64,000 nt of DNA from Piromyces finnis finn (GCA_002104945.1 MCFH01000043.1:124001-188000); one strand, 5' to 3'. Shown: positions 1-13,645, numbered from the stretch's first letter. Notes: a model not told the origin generated them from the sequence alone. Program-made: numbers and translations.

Positions 1-2671
1 TCATTGAATAATTAATTCATTAATATTTAATATTAATTATTTATTTTTAATAATTCAATTTAAAACTATTTTTAGTATATACTATTGGGATACTTTCTAT
101 TCTGTTGGTTTTATATGACCAATTAGAATATTTTTTAAAGAAAATACCAAAGTATTGAGAAAATAAATCTTCATATTTTAAAAAAAGAAATTAAGTATAA
201 TATACTCTTTAAGATAGATGAATTAACAACAATGTCCTTTGTTATATTTTTCAACAATTAATATCTAATAAAAAATTTTTTTTAAAAAAACAGTTTTTTT
301 TAATATTAGTTCATTTATAATTTGTATATTAAAATTGAAAAGTTTTATTTTCTATTCATTGAGCACATATTGTTTTTTTATTTTTATTATTATTGTTTCA
401 TATTTTTAGAAAATCTAAATATAATCTGAAGTTTTTTTTTAACAAAAAATATTGTAAATTAGTATAACAATTATTTTCTTTTTTATAGTGTTGAATAATT
501 TTATGCTTGCAATTTGAAAACAAAAAAAAAATCCCTTTTAACAATTATTTCTATCTATTATTAAGGATATCAAACGAAATAAATGTTAAATGAGCCATTT
601 TAATAATTTATAATAAAAATAAAAGAATAATTAAAGATATTATGGTATTAATGTTTTATTAATTATCTTTTATTATAATATATTTTTTTTTTAACAAATT
701 CAACAACCTAACAAGTTCTACTAAATTATTTAAATATTAATATTTTGTAATTTTTGCTTAACTTTTTTTTTTTAATATTTCCAATTTAATATTGTTTAAT
801 TTATTATTAATACATAATTTATACATTAATTGAAAACTTATAAATTTTCTTAATTCACCACCAAAAAAATTAACTTTAAATTTCATTGGCCAGTCAAAAT
901 GTGCTTAAACGCAGATGAAAAAAAATTTTAAAAATTCAAAAATGAATGAATAAATAAATAGTAAAATAAATAAATAACTAAATAAATTAATGAAAAAAAA
1001 TAATATCCCAAATAAAATTGATATTATTTAAATTTAATTAAAAATATTTTATTTAATTTCTCTCTCTTTTTTTATTTGTCTTTATTTTTTATGGTCAGTT
1101 TTTTACCATTCATTTTAAGGTATCTAGGAAAAACTGTTTTAGTAATTTTTTGATAAATTTTTTTTATTAATTAAAAGGTCATACTTAATTAAATAAAGAA
1201 AAAAAAAATTCATCTTAAAAAATTTTAAATTTTTTAAAAAAAAATAGAGCAAAATGTTTAGGTAAAAAAAAAAAAAAAACTATATAAAATTTATACCATA
1301 CAAAAACCCAATGCAACTACAAAAATTCTATTCATAGCCTTTAAAAGTCCATTTTTACTATTTAATTTTTAGTTTCTTTTCTCCTTTTATTTTGAACTCT
1401 TTTTTTTTAAAAAAAAACTTGTTATATTAAGATTAAACCAAATGACACTAATTTGCTATTTCAATATTGGCATTTTTTATTATTAATAATAAAGTTTATA
1501 TATTAATTTACAATTTATCATATATTATATATATTACAATTGAATTTCAAATGTGGAAAAATAACTTTTTAAATTGTGGAATATTGAATTAAATGGATTT
1601 ATTATTTTATATATGAGTAAAAGTATTTATACCATATATTATTATAAAATAAATAATTTTGATTTGATTATCAAAAAATAAATTGTTTATATATGATATA
1701 TATTATAATATATTTATGAATATAATATTTGTACTTTATCTACATATTTTATATATATTACATTAATATTCTATTTATATTAAATATATTACATTATTAA
1801 TAAGGTTAATTATTAATAAAAATGATTATTAATAATCATTAAAATAATTAGATAATAAATAGCTAACCTTTTATTAATAATCAACTTAACAATAAATTAA
1901 AGTTTTAAAATAACCCAACCCTTCACATTTAATATAAAAATTTAAAAATTTTTATTATTTATTTATTTATTGATTTATTTACTTATTACTATTTATTTAT
2001 TATTAGTAATATTTATTCATTCATTGATTTACTATTATTAATATTCATTGATTTATTTATTAATAATAATTAATGTTTATCTATTTATTCATTGATTTAT
2101 TTATTAATAATAATTAGTAATATCAAAAATAAAGTTTTATTTTAATTTATTAGATTATTAGTAATTTTTTTATATGTAGCATGATCAACCTTCATTTACC
2201 ATAAAAAAAAAATTTTTTTTTTAAAGTTATATATAGCACTGAATTTCTTTCTTTTTGTTTTTTTATATTTAACTATTTTACCTGAAATGGGCCTATAATA
2301 ATTTATAATATAACTAGAAGAAGACAAACTCGTTTGAGAAAAAAAAAGTGTAATAATTTATTGTGTATTCAATATAATAAATAATCTAACAATTCAATTC
2401 AACTTTATTCAATAAGCAAATTTTAAAAGGGAATTTTAATAAACTTTAGCAATTTTTTTCATTATAATTTATTATATATAAAATTAAACGGATATAATTT
2501 CTTTTTTTTTAATGAATAAAAAGCAATCATTTTTTAATAGAACATATAATATTATTTTTATAATTTTTCATTATAGTATTATTTAAATATATATATGAAT
2601 ATTGCTTTCATTCCTTTTTTTCATATATTAAACACATTGTCACGATTCACTATCATAACTTAATAAGATAA

Positions 2672-5521
2672 ATGAAAGTTTTAATTCAAAATTTTATCAA
2701 CAACAATGAATTTTTTGAATTAAAGTCATATTTATGCTTTAATGATATTACTATCAAACAAGTATATCAAAACTGTTTTGATATACTTACATATTCCATG
2801 CTAAAACCTACCCATCTTGAAATTATATTTTATATTATCAGTAACTATGAAAATGTAAATTATGAAACAAAAGATGGTAATATACCTCTTTTTATAGCAC
2901 TGGAAAAACACCAACTAAAAGTGGCAGCATATTTATTGAAACGAGGAGCCCAAATAAATTTTCGTAATAATCAAGGCGAAACAGTATTACTCTATTTATT
3001 GAAAAAAAAATTATTAAATATAACCTTATTAAATTTTATATTAACAAATGGTATTGATATTAATGCTAAAGATATTAATAATAAATGTTTTTTAGACTAT
3101 GCTCGAGATGAGCGTTTAGTAAAAAGAGTATTTATGTACTATATATTTAATAATGATTTTATATTTAATATGGTCAGTTGTTCAAAGAATCGCTACCCTA
3201 TTTGTAGAAAAACTTTTTGTAAACGTATAAAAGCGGAGATAAAAAAAATTGATATCACCAAATCTATCTATTATTCTGTAGTGGATAATCAACAGTTTAA
3301 CATCCTAAAAATCATTCTTTCCTATGACACACACAATCATACCATAGGAGAAATTTGCGAAAAAAATTTATTAATTACCAAGGTGTCAAGAAATAATCAA
3401 TTGATGATGTTGAAATATTTGGTGGATCGTAATGCTAATATTAATGAAATAGACAAAGATGGAAATTCAGCTCTTATTATTGCTTGTAAAAATAGTGCCA
3501 AGGAAACAATTGACTATTTAATAAAACACGGTGTAGATATCTATCATAAAAATAATGAAGGATGGAATGCTTTGATGATTGCTTCCTATAATGGTTTATT
3601 AGAAACGGTACAAAATTTAGTAGAGGGAGGCCTTTCGGTCCACGAAAAAAATTTGATGGGTAGTGATGCCTTGATATATGCTGCAAGTCAAGGTCATCTT
3701 TCTGTTATACAATATTTACTAGAGAAAGGTGCCTGGATTCATTCTCGTAATCAAGATGGTTTCACACCATTATTAATGGCTGTAAAGCATGGATTTGATA
3801 AAGTAGTAAAATATTTAGTAAAACACGGTGCTGATATCGATGATCAAAGTAGTACTAAAACTACAGCAGTTAGTTTAGCAATTCAAAAGAACTATCGTTC
3901 TATTTGTGAATATTTAGTGGAAAAGGGGGCTAAGCTAAATGTTAAGGATAAAGATGGTTATTCAGAAATTGCATTAGCAATTTATCATGGTTATACCGAT
4001 ATTGTAGAATTGTTGATTCAGCATGGTGTCAATATACATGAACATAATGATAATAATTGTACCCTTTTACATATGGCTACTTGTCGTTGTCGTTTATCAA
4101 TATTGAAATTACTTATAGATTCAGGTGCTGATATTAATGCCAAGAATAATGAAGGTAATAATGCCCTTTTAATTGCTTGTGTAAAGGGTTCCCTTCCCAT
4201 TATACAATATTTAGTAGAAATGGGCGCTACTATTAATGTTATCAATGAAGAACACTATACCCCATTACTAATAGCTGCCCAAAACGGACATATGGATGTC
4301 ATGAAATATTTGGTTGAGAAGGGAGCCGATATGACCGTCGTGAATAAATTTGGATTTTCTCCTCTGACCATTTCAGCACTAAAAGGTCGAGTTACATTTA
4401 TCAAATATTTGATTGAACATGGCGCTAATGTTAACAATATTGGTCGAAATGGATACACTACTCTTATGATGAGCTGCATTAATGGTGATTTAAATGTCAT
4501 AAAAACACTTGTTGAAAGTGGAGCTGACCTCTCCATTCGAAATTGCAAAGGAGAAACTGTCCTTCATTGTGCCTGTACAATAAATGACGACCCAGCCATG
4601 GTTGAATACCTTATCCAACAAGGAGCTGAGGTTAATGCCAAAAATCAAGATGGTAACACACCTCTTCATTTAGCATCTCAACATGGTCTCAAGGAAGTAG
4701 TGAAAGTTTTAATTCGTTATCATGCAGATTTAGATGCTTTGAATAAATGTTTCTGTACACCGCTTTGTAATGCTATTATTACAAAGGGTTATTCAATTGT
4801 ACAATATTTTATATGGGAATGTAATGTCAATATCAACATTCAAAATAAGTACGGTTGGACACCGCTTATGATGGCTATTTGTAAAGATTCATTTTCCATT
4901 GTTAAACTTTTGGTAGAATATGGAAGTCAAGTGAATGATATTAATCATGAAGGATGGTCACCTGTAACCTTATCTGCTTCTAAAGGTTTCACTGAGATTA
5001 CAAAATATTTAGTAGAGCAAGGAGCTCACCTAGACTCTAAAAATCTTCAGGGAAATACAGCTCTTCATTTTGCATGTGTCGATGGTAATGAACTATTAAT
5101 ACACTACTTGGTAGAACATGGCGCTGATATCAATGAAAAGAACCAAGATGGTACTACACCTTTGATGGCTTCTATTCAAAATGGGCATGTTCGATCTGCT
5201 CGGTATCTTATTGATCACGGAGCATCTATAAGAGAAAAAAATAATGATGGATTTAATGCTTTGATGATGGCCGTTGATAAAAATTATTTAGATATAGTAG
5301 AAATGCTAGTTAAACGTGGAGTTAACGTTAATGAGGTTAGTAATAGTAGTTGTACAGCCTTATTGATAGCTTCCTCTAAGGGTTATATAGAAATGGTTCA
5401 ATATTTAGTCTGCCATGGAGCAGATCTTCATCATCGTTGTGAAAATGGATGGGATGCATTGACTTTTGCCTACAAAAATAATTATATCTCTATCATTCAT
5501 TATTTATCCATGTATATCTAA
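2672..5521 (+). CDS. Intronless ankyrin-repeat protein (949 aa, ~24 repeats)
   Basis: Single ORF with recurring 33-aa units of the G-x-T/S-P/A-L-x-x-A...LVEHGADIN type (e.g. GNTPLHLASQHGLKEVVKVLIRYHADLD). N-terminal ~220 aa aligns with the next two ORFs. Confidence 0.95.
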   Translation: MKVLIQNFINNNEFFELKSYLCFNDITIKQVYQNCFDILTYSMLKPTHLEIIFYIISNYENVNYETKDGNIPLFIALEKHQLKVAAYLLKRGAQINFRNNQGETVLLYLLKKKLLNITLLNFILTNGIDINAKDINNKCFLDYARDERLVKRVFMYYIFNNDFIFNMVSCSKNRYPICRKTFCKRIKAEIKKIDITKSIYYSVVDNQQFNILKIILSYDTHNHTIGEICEKNLLITKVSRNNQLMMLKYLVDRNANINEIDKDGNSALIIACKNSAKETIDYLIKHGVDIYHKNNEGWNALMIASYNGLLETVQNLVEGGLSVHEKNLMGSDALIYAASQGHLSVIQYLLEKGAWIHSRNQDGFTPLLMAVKHGFDKVVKYLVKHGADIDDQSSTKTTAVSLAIQKNYRSICEYLVEKGAKLNVKDKDGYSEIALAIYHGYTDIVELLIQHGVNIHEHNDNNCTLLHMATCRCRLSILKLLIDSGADINAKNNEGNNALLIACVKGSLPIIQYLVEMGATINVINEEHYTPLLIAAQNGHMDVMKYLVEKGADMTVVNKFGFSPLTISALKGRVTFIKYLIEHGANVNNIGRNGYTTLMMSCINGDLNVIKTLVESGADLSIRNCKGETVLHCACTINDDPAMVEYLIQQGAEVNAKNQDGNTPLHLASQHGLKEVVKVLIRYHADLDALNKCFCTPLCNAIITKGYSIVQYFIWECNVNINIQNKYGWTPLMMAICKDSFSIVKLLVEYGSQVNDINHEGWSPVTLSASKGFTEITKYLVEQGAHLDSKNLQGNTALHFACVDGNELLIHYLVEHGADINEKNQDGTTPLMASIQNGHVRSARYLIDHGASIREKNNDGFNALMMAVDKNYLDIVEMLVKRGVNVNEVSNSSCTALLIASSKGYIEMVQYLVCHGADLHHRCENGWDALTFAYKNNYISIIHYLSMYI

Positions 5522-5802
5522 AGCTAAACAAAAAGTAGATCATATTATTGACAAACGTAGGATCACTTTTTTTTTTTTTTTTTATTCTTCATTAATTATT
5601 TATTTTTTTTAATATATCTCTAAAGTATTAAATTTCAATATATATATTCTTCTATTTGACACTCTATATTTCTAATTTTATAAATTTTATTTTTCTTTTT
5701 TTTTTTTTTAAAATTTATATATATTATAAAAGTGCAATTTATTAAATCACTTTAAAAATTACAATTTAATTTAAAAGAAAAGTAGAGGGGGAAAAAAGTA
5801 TC

Positions 5803-5842
<40 letters not shown>

Positions 5843-6291
5843 TTTTATTATTTACATATATATAGAGAATACATTATAGATTATTATTACAATGAATTAA
5901 TTTTTATTGTGTTCTTTTTTATTGTACTATTATACTAAAAAAAATTAATCTTTTTATTTTTATATTTATAAATTCCATTTATATACCCAAAATATTATAA
6001 AAAATAAACTTTATATACATTAAGGAAATTATTAATTTAATCCTAATTATAAATACATAAATAATATAGTTGAAAAAAATGTATAATGTGTATTTAATAA
6101 GTTTTCTAATAAAATAGAAAACATTTCATATTAATAGAGTTTTTTTTTCTCATTGATAACGACATGTTTAATAAAAGTCAAATGCAATCATTATATTACT
6201 CTATTACTCTATCCATTTTATACATTTTATGGAGGTGATTAGTAATGACATTATTTCATTATTTCTATTGATATTGATAGTTTTTTTATAC

Positions 6292-6475
<184 letters not shown>

Positions 6476-6818
6476 TAATATTATTTTCTTCCATTTTTCC
6501 GCAGAAAAAATTCAATTTTTTTTTTTTTTAATTTGTGTCACTTTAAAATGAAGGTGATGGAAAAAAAAAAATTAAGAAATTTTTAAATTAAAAATAATAT
6601 AAATAAGAATGATAAAAAAAATTTTTTTTTTCTTTATTACCATTAAAAATAAAAAATTAAAAAAATTAAAATTTAAATTAAAAAAAAAAAAAAAAAAAAA
6701 AAGAAGCATTTAGAATATTACATATTAAATAATTATTCATTAACATTATCATACTATATCATTTATAAATATATATATATTTTTATAAAAATAGCTTGAT
6801 AAACGTATAATTTATTAT

Positions 6819-9077
6819 ATGAGTCATAAGCAATTATTAAAAAAATTACTTCTACAAAATAATGAACAGGAAATAAAAACATATTATATATTTAATAATA
6901 TCAAGGTAGAGAACATCAATGATACCACTTTTGACCTACTTATTTTTGCATTAGATCATAATGCATCTGATAATATCATTCTATTTCTTATTAATCAATA
7001 TACCCATTGTGACTATGAAACTCTAGATAAACAAATACCTATTTATGTTGCTTTAGCTCATAATCGTTTTGAAATTGCAGAAGCACTTCTTCATAGACAA
7101 GCTAATATTAACCGTAAAAATAGTAATGGAGATAACCTCTTAATATACCTTTGTAAAGAAGGTAAACTAAATCGTCGTAATTTATCCTTTGCTCTTCATC
7201 ATCATATTGATATTAATGCAAAAGATAATGTTGGTAAAAAAATTTTATATTATTTAATTCATGGTGAGGCTGTTTCATTGGTAAAAATGTTATTGAAATA
7301 TTATATATTTGATACCCCATTTATTCTTCAACTCCTTCAATATCATCGTTATCAAAAAGGACTTTCTGATCAGGAACTTTGTCATATCCTTCATCAAGAA
7401 ACTCAAAAATTAGATATTTCACAGTCTCTTTATTTTTCCGCTATCAAAAATGGTAATTTAGATATCATACAACAACTTTATATTAACGATGGCCATGCTC
7501 ATTTTTATGCTCCAATACCTTCTCTTCAATTAACGCCTTCTTTAACTCCTGTTCCATCTCTTGATACTAGTTTTAATTCACCTGATTTTAGAAATTTATT
7601 ATTTCATTCATCTAATAATGAAGACGCTAATACTAATAATACAGCACTTTCAATAACTAACAATTCTACGCCTTCCTCATCATCTCATAACCCTTTAAAA
7701 ACCAATACACTTTTATCAGCAAAAACTTCTGATAACATAAATTCTTCTTTTTCTAAACCTTCCAATAATATTATAGATCGATATAATATGCTTATTCATG
7801 CTACAATTAAAAATGAATTAACTTTGGTAAACTATTTTTTAGAATTAGGAGCCAATGTAAATAAAAGTAATAATAAAGGTGATACGGCACTAATAATTGC
7901 AGCATTTAAAGGTCAATTGGATATCGTTCAAACGTTGTTAAAACATGGTGCTAATGTTAATCATTGTAATAAACGTCATTATACAGCTCTTATTTATGCT
8001 TCTGAAAAGAATCACCATAAAGTGGTAAAAGAACTAATTAACTATGGAGCTTTTGTTAATCAACAAGAAAATGAAGGTAATACTCCTTTGATTTTAGCTT
8101 CTTTATTTGGCTGTAAAGATACAATTCGTATTTTACTTCAAGAAGAACGTTGTGATTCTTATCTTAAAAATCATCATGGTTGGTCTGCAGTTCATTGTGC
8201 TACTCTTTACCATCACCTTAATACCCTAAAAATCTTATTAGACCATGGTCTTCCAATTGATGATTGCAATGAAAAAGGCATAACCCCATTACACATTGCA
8301 GCAGAGAATGGTGATAAAAATATAGTGCAGTATTTAGTGACGCGAGGAGCCCGCTTAGATTACCCTAGTCAAACTGGTAAAACGGCATTAATGTTTGCTG
8401 CTGCAAGAGGTCATTTAGATACTGTAAAATGTTTAATAGACGGTGGTGCGCAATTAGAAGCCATTGAAATGAAAGGTGATACTCCTTTAATGCATGCTGT
8501 CTATAATGGTCACGTGGAAGTAGTTCGCTATTTAACTGAAAAAGGTGCCAATCTTCACATTCGTAATAGTAAGATGGCTACTCCTGCAATCTATGCAACT
8601 TCTAATCAGCATCCAGAAGTATTAAAATATCTATTAGAGCATAATGCTGATGTTGAGAGTCAGGATAGTTTAGGATGGAGTCCTCTTTTGATTGCGACCA
8701 AGTCTGGTCACTTAGAAATGATGCAACTTTTAATAGAGTATCATGTACCTTTAGATCAACAAGAAACAGGTGGGCGAACTGCTTTAATGATTGCAGTGGA
8801 AAATTATCATTTAGATTCTATGAAATTGTTGGTTAAAGCTGGCAGTCCGCTTACTCAACAAGATAAACATGGTCATACTGCTTGTGTGATTGCAGCATTC
8901 CATGATTATCAAGATATTGTGAAATATTTATTAGAAGAAGGTTATCGTCAAGAAGAAGATCTACTTTTAAGAAAACAAGAAATTTTAAATTCCTATGTTA
9001 TTGCGATGTTTAAGGAAAATACATCGGTAATACGATATCTTTCTTATTATATTACTAAACATAAGATTAGATATTAA
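6819..9077 (+). CDS. Intronless ankyrin-repeat protein (752 aa, ~12 C-terminal repeats), paralog of 2672-5521
   Basis: Ankyrin units such as GITPLHIAAENGDKNIVQYLVTRGA and GDTPLMHAVYNGHVEVVRYLTEKGA. Shares the N-terminal module; carries a Ser/Asn/Pro-rich insert. Confidence 0.95.
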   Translation: MSHKQLLKKLLLQNNEQEIKTYYIFNNIKVENINDTTFDLLIFALDHNASDNIILFLINQYTHCDYETLDKQIPIYVALAHNRFEIAEALLHRQANINRKNSNGDNLLIYLCKEGKLNRRNLSFALHHHIDINAKDNVGKKILYYLIHGEAVSLVKMLLKYYIFDTPFILQLLQYHRYQKGLSDQELCHILHQETQKLDISQSLYFSAIKNGNLDIIQQLYINDGHAHFYAPIPSLQLTPSLTPVPSLDTSFNSPDFRNLLFHSSNNEDANTNNTALSITNNSTPSSSSHNPLKTNTLLSAKTSDNINSSFSKPSNNIIDRYNMLIHATIKNELTLVNYFLELGANVNKSNNKGDTALIIAAFKGQLDIVQTLLKHGANVNHCNKRHYTALIYASEKNHHKVVKELINYGAFVNQQENEGNTPLILASLFGCKDTIRILLQEERCDSYLKNHHGWSAVHCATLYHHLNTLKILLDHGLPIDDCNEKGITPLHIAAENGDKNIVQYLVTRGARLDYPSQTGKTALMFAAARGHLDTVKCLIDGGAQLEAIEMKGDTPLMHAVYNGHVEVVRYLTEKGANLHIRNSKMATPAIYATSNQHPEVLKYLLEHNADVESQDSLGWSPLLIATKSGHLEMMQLLIEYHVPLDQQETGGRTALMIAVENYHLDSMKLLVKAGSPLTQQDKHGHTACVIAAFHDYQDIVKYLLEEGYRQEEDLLLRKQEILNSYVIAMFKENTSVIRYLSYYITKHKIRY

Positions 9078-10211
9078 AAAAAAAAAAAAAAAAAAAAGTG
9101 GAGTAAATTAATAATCCAACAAGAAACTATATATATATCAATACTATTAAAATAGTGGTTATATCCTATAATAATCAATAATTAAACAATAAAAATAAAA
9201 ATTGTTTTACCGTTATATAAATTATATAATTTTCTAAAAGAAAAAAAAGCTATTATTTATGTAAATAATATTTAAAGATAATGTAATATCTATAAACTGC
9301 ATTTACTAATATTTAATAAGATTTATAATAAATCATTTTGTCTAGTTTTATTTAAAACCTCCCGTTGTTAATTTGAAATGGATAAAATTAAAAATAAAAA
9401 TTATGAAAAATAAATCAACTATTATTTTTAAAATATTTAAAATGATAAAATATACCTATTATCTTGAATACATCTAATAATTTATAATAATTTATAATAT
9501 TATATATATATATTTTATTTATTATATATATAATTCTTTATAATTACTAAAAAATTTTGACATATAGTAATGAATAAAGAAAAAAAAAAAATTTTTTTTT
9601 TTGACAAAAATCAAATTAGCAATTTATTTAAAAAAAAAAAAGGTTAAAAGTTTTTTATTTATATATTGATATATATATAATATGTATAATACATTTAATA
9701 AAAAAAAAAAAGAAAATTAATTTATTTTTTTTAAAATAAAAAATACAATATTTTTGAAATTTCAAAACCTAAACCAAAATCTTTTTTTTTTTGCTTAAAA
9801 TTAATTTACATTTAAAATAACAATTAGGTAAATATTTTATTTATATAATACAAAAAAAGATATACATAAATAATAAATAAAAAAAAAAGTAATTTAAATA
9901 ATGGTAAAGAATAAAGTAATTTCAAAAATATAATTCAAATAAATAAATAAAAAAAAAACATTAATTTTTGAAATTTTATAATATGCTTTCTTTCTTTTTT
10001 ATATAATACTAATGAAACCATTTCCATTCAAAATAAAAATACTAATTTAATCTTATCCTATCTTCATTAATATTATAATTAAATTTTTATATTTTATTTT
10101 CTATATATACTTTTTTTTTTTTTAATATTGACCAGTAAAAATAAATACACTTTTTCTATATATTAATATATATTTTTTTTATCAAAAAAAAAAAAAAAGA
10201 AAGAAAAAAAA

Positions 10212-10518
10212 ATGGATAAACGTTTGGAACTCAAAAAAATGATTAAAGAGGATTGTTTTCATGATTATCAATCCTTTTTTGTATATGGAAATACTACACT
10301 TGCTGAAATTAATAACGTCAGTAATCATGAAATACCTTTTGATATTTTACTTTATATAATACAACAACCAGTAGTGCCAATAGATATATTGAAATTTACT
10401 GCAGCTAAATACCCCAGTCTTAACTATGAAGCCAGTTGTGAAGATATTAACAAAAATAGTCAAAAAACATATAATAATGAAGAATCAAACATCGATAATC
10501 ATGATCATCATCATCATC

Positions 10519-10558
<40 letters not shown>

Positions 10559-12374
10559 TGATGATGATAATAATAATATTATCACATCAGTGCCACTATT
10601 TTTAGCATTGGAACAAGAAAAATATGATGTAGCAAATTTACTACTTAAGGTAGGAGCAGATATTAACTATGCTACACCAATACTAGGTAATGCGCTTATG
10701 TATCTTTATCGTCGACAACAACAACATCTTAAATCACGACAACTTTACTTCCTTTTACATCATGGAATTCAGATTAATTATAATGGTAATGATGAAATGG
10801 AAATGGAACCTTTTCTCTATGATCTAGTTAATGCTCAAGATATTTCCCTTTTGGAACGTATTTTTAGATACTATCAATTCAATCAGGAAACAATTTTGAA
10901 ATTCATTCAAATTCAAAAGATAGGAAGAAAGCAAAGTAATGATATTCAAAATGATAATTTTAAGGATAAGAATACCCTTGTGAAAAATAATCAAGGTTAT
11001 AGTCAAGGACTTTCTACACTACAACTACAACATCTTTTGGAAAAAGGAAAGCAAAAAGTATATCTTACACGAAAAATGTATACCACAGCGCTTCATCATA
11101 AAAATTTAGAATTACTTCGACTCCTTTACCAATATGATACAAAAGAACATTTAACTCAAGTAAATCATTCGTATACCATATTATACAAGGCTTGTTCCTA
11201 TCCAGAAAATCTACCTATAATACAATTTTTAATAGAAGAAGCTGGAGCAGACGTTAATGAACAAGTAAAAGATACACTTTTTACACCTTTGATGATGACG
11301 GCACAGGAAGGTTTTGCTGACTATGCTGAATTTCTTATAGAAAAAGGAGGAGCTAAAATTGATGCGCAAGATTCTAGAGGTTTCACTCCGCTTATGTTTG
11401 CTTCCCATAATGGTCAAGAAGCAGTAGTAAAAATCCTGATAAAACATGGGGCTAAAGTAAATATGGTGAATGGACACCATAGTACCGCCTTAGTATATGC
11501 TTGCCAAGAAGAAAATGTCGGGGTAGTACAATATTTGTTAGAACATGGAGCTGATCCTAATATAAAAGATGGGCGTGAATCTACTCCCTTAATGAGTGCT
11601 GTTCAAAGTGGTAATCACGCCTTGGTACAAGTTCTTCTCCAGAATCCTCGTCTAACATATAATGAAAAAAATTATAATGGTTGGAATGCACTTATGTATG
11701 CTTGTTTTGGAGGGCATGTTGATTTAGTTCAAGAATTAATGTCAAAAGGAGAAAGTATTCAAGATAAGGATGTGAATGGTTTTACCTCTTTGATGATTGC
11801 ATGTCTTGGAGGTAAAAAATCAATTGTTGATTATTTATTAGATCAAGGCGTAGATATCAATGCAAAAAATAAAAGTGGAGCCACGGCCTTGATGGTAGTT
11901 TCACAAAATGGCCATCGAGATATTGTACAAGTTCTCATAGATCATGGAGCTAATATAAATGATACAGATCATATTGGAAACTCAGCCTTGATTTATGCCA
12001 CAATCAATAAACAAATAGGTATTGCTGAATTTTTAATTCAACGTGGTGCTAATTTAAATATTAGAAATCATCAAGGGGATACCCCTCTCATTCTTGCTTG
12101 TAACAACGGATCTCGTCAATTTATTGAACTCTTTATTCGGTATGGTACCACCACAATTAATACACCTAATCATAAAAATTTAACACCATTAAAAATTACA
12201 CAAATGCGTGGATTTAATGACCTTTCTACAATTCTTCTGGCTAACGGTGCTGATTCACCTTCTTCCTTCCCTTCTTCTTATTCTTCTTCTTCCTATACAC
12301 ATCATCCTTCCTACTCTTCATCTTCTTATCCTCATCCCTCAACCTCATCTTCAAGTAACGTTTTCTATCTCTAA
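10212..12374 (+). CDS. Intronless ankyrin-repeat protein (720 aa, ~11 C-terminal repeats), third paralog
   Basis: Ankyrin units such as GFTPLMFASHNGQEAVVKILIKHGAKVN. Shares the N-terminal module; has a poly-His/Asn/Asp insert and a Ser-rich tail. Confidence 0.95.
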
Positions 12375-13279
12375 GGTAAAAAAAAATATAACACTTGCCA
12401 AAATCATTACTGGCTTATTACTATAATCAATAATAATGATGTATATCATAATAACCATAATAAAATAATAGTTGTAATAATATATATATATATTTATTAT
12501 ATTATATTATATATATATATATAATTTTTTTTTTTTTAATTTTAAAAAAAAATAATACCCAATATATACGTATATTTATTAATAATAGTATCTCTAAAAA
12601 AAAATAAAGATTATTTTAAATATAATATATATTCTGTATCAATACCCTTCCTTCTAAATAATTAATAATCCTTATTTCAAATACAAAATAAAAATAAAAT
12701 AAAATAAAAAAAAAATAATAATATTTCTAACTAATTTAAGAGTATTTTCCTATTCAAAAATACAAAAGTTTAAAATTTATAAAGAATATTTTATTTTTTT
12801 TAAAATTATATATATTTTTTATTCAATTGTTATATTTATATGTTTATTATTTTTATTATATATGTATATATTTTAAAGTACTTTATATTATTCTTTTTCC
12901 TCTGTATTAATAATTATAAAAATTTTGTATATATATAATTATTTATTATTATAAATATTATTACAGAAAAAAATTTTTATTTTTTAAAATTATTAATAGC
13001 ATTAAATTTTAAAGATTTATAGGCATGTTGAAATGGTATATATACATTACTAAATCATAAAATAAGTTATTGATATTAATATATTAATATGTAATATATT
13101 TATAATTTGATTGAATGCAAAAATGTTATTATAAAAAAATAATGAAAATAAAAGAATATCTCTACAAATAAAAGCATATAAAATGACAAAGTTCTTTTAA
13201 AAACTTTTTAATCTCTTTTAATTAAATTCCTTATATATTGAATATGTTTGTATAGTTTTCTTATTTGATCATTCTTAAA

Positions 13280-13645
13280 TTAGAGACTGTGAATAGTAAC
13301 AATCTTTTTAGTTTGTAAAATTTTAGATTTTCTAATTATGAGTTTATCGGATGTAGTAGAAAGAGTACGGCGAATAATGATTTTACGAATAATAATAGTA
13401 CTTTTGATTAATTTATTTTTCTGATTAGTTGTAGATACACCTTTTTTCGTAGAATTCGAGCCAACTTTAGTATTTTGGTTACCTTCACCATTTCCAAAAG
13501 ACATTCCGGTAGTCTCTACCAAAGATTTATCATTAATAAATTTAATGAAGAGGTATAGGATAGAGTAAACAGTGAGAAACGTAAGGAAACCTTTAAAGGT
13601 AATAAATTTCAATAAGAGTATTATAATAATTATTGTAGTTATCAT
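13280..13645 (-). CDS. Small hypothetical protein or gene relic (121 aa; hydrophobic N-terminus, Gly/Asn linker, basic Lys/Ile/Thr-rich C-terminus)
   Basis: ORF in the track; visibly higher GC than flanks; protein-like composition; no recognisable family. Confidence 0.35.
   Translation of the reverse strand: MITTIIIIILLLKFITFKGFLTFLTVYSILYLFIKFINDKSLVETTGMSFGNGEGNQNTKVGSNSTKKGVSTTNQKNKLIKSTIIIRKIIIRRTLSTTSDKLIIRKSKILQTKKIVTIHSL

Noticed and set aside
940-2160. Possible MITE defined by AAAT/ATTT-rich inverted tracts
   Set aside because: The arms are simple (ATTT)n-type sequence with no defined termini or TSD.
3477-4548. Short minus-strand ORFs within the ankyrin genes (also 10824-11480 and 12208-12426)
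   Set aside because: Shadow ORFs overlapping a well-supported CDS, with no protein features.
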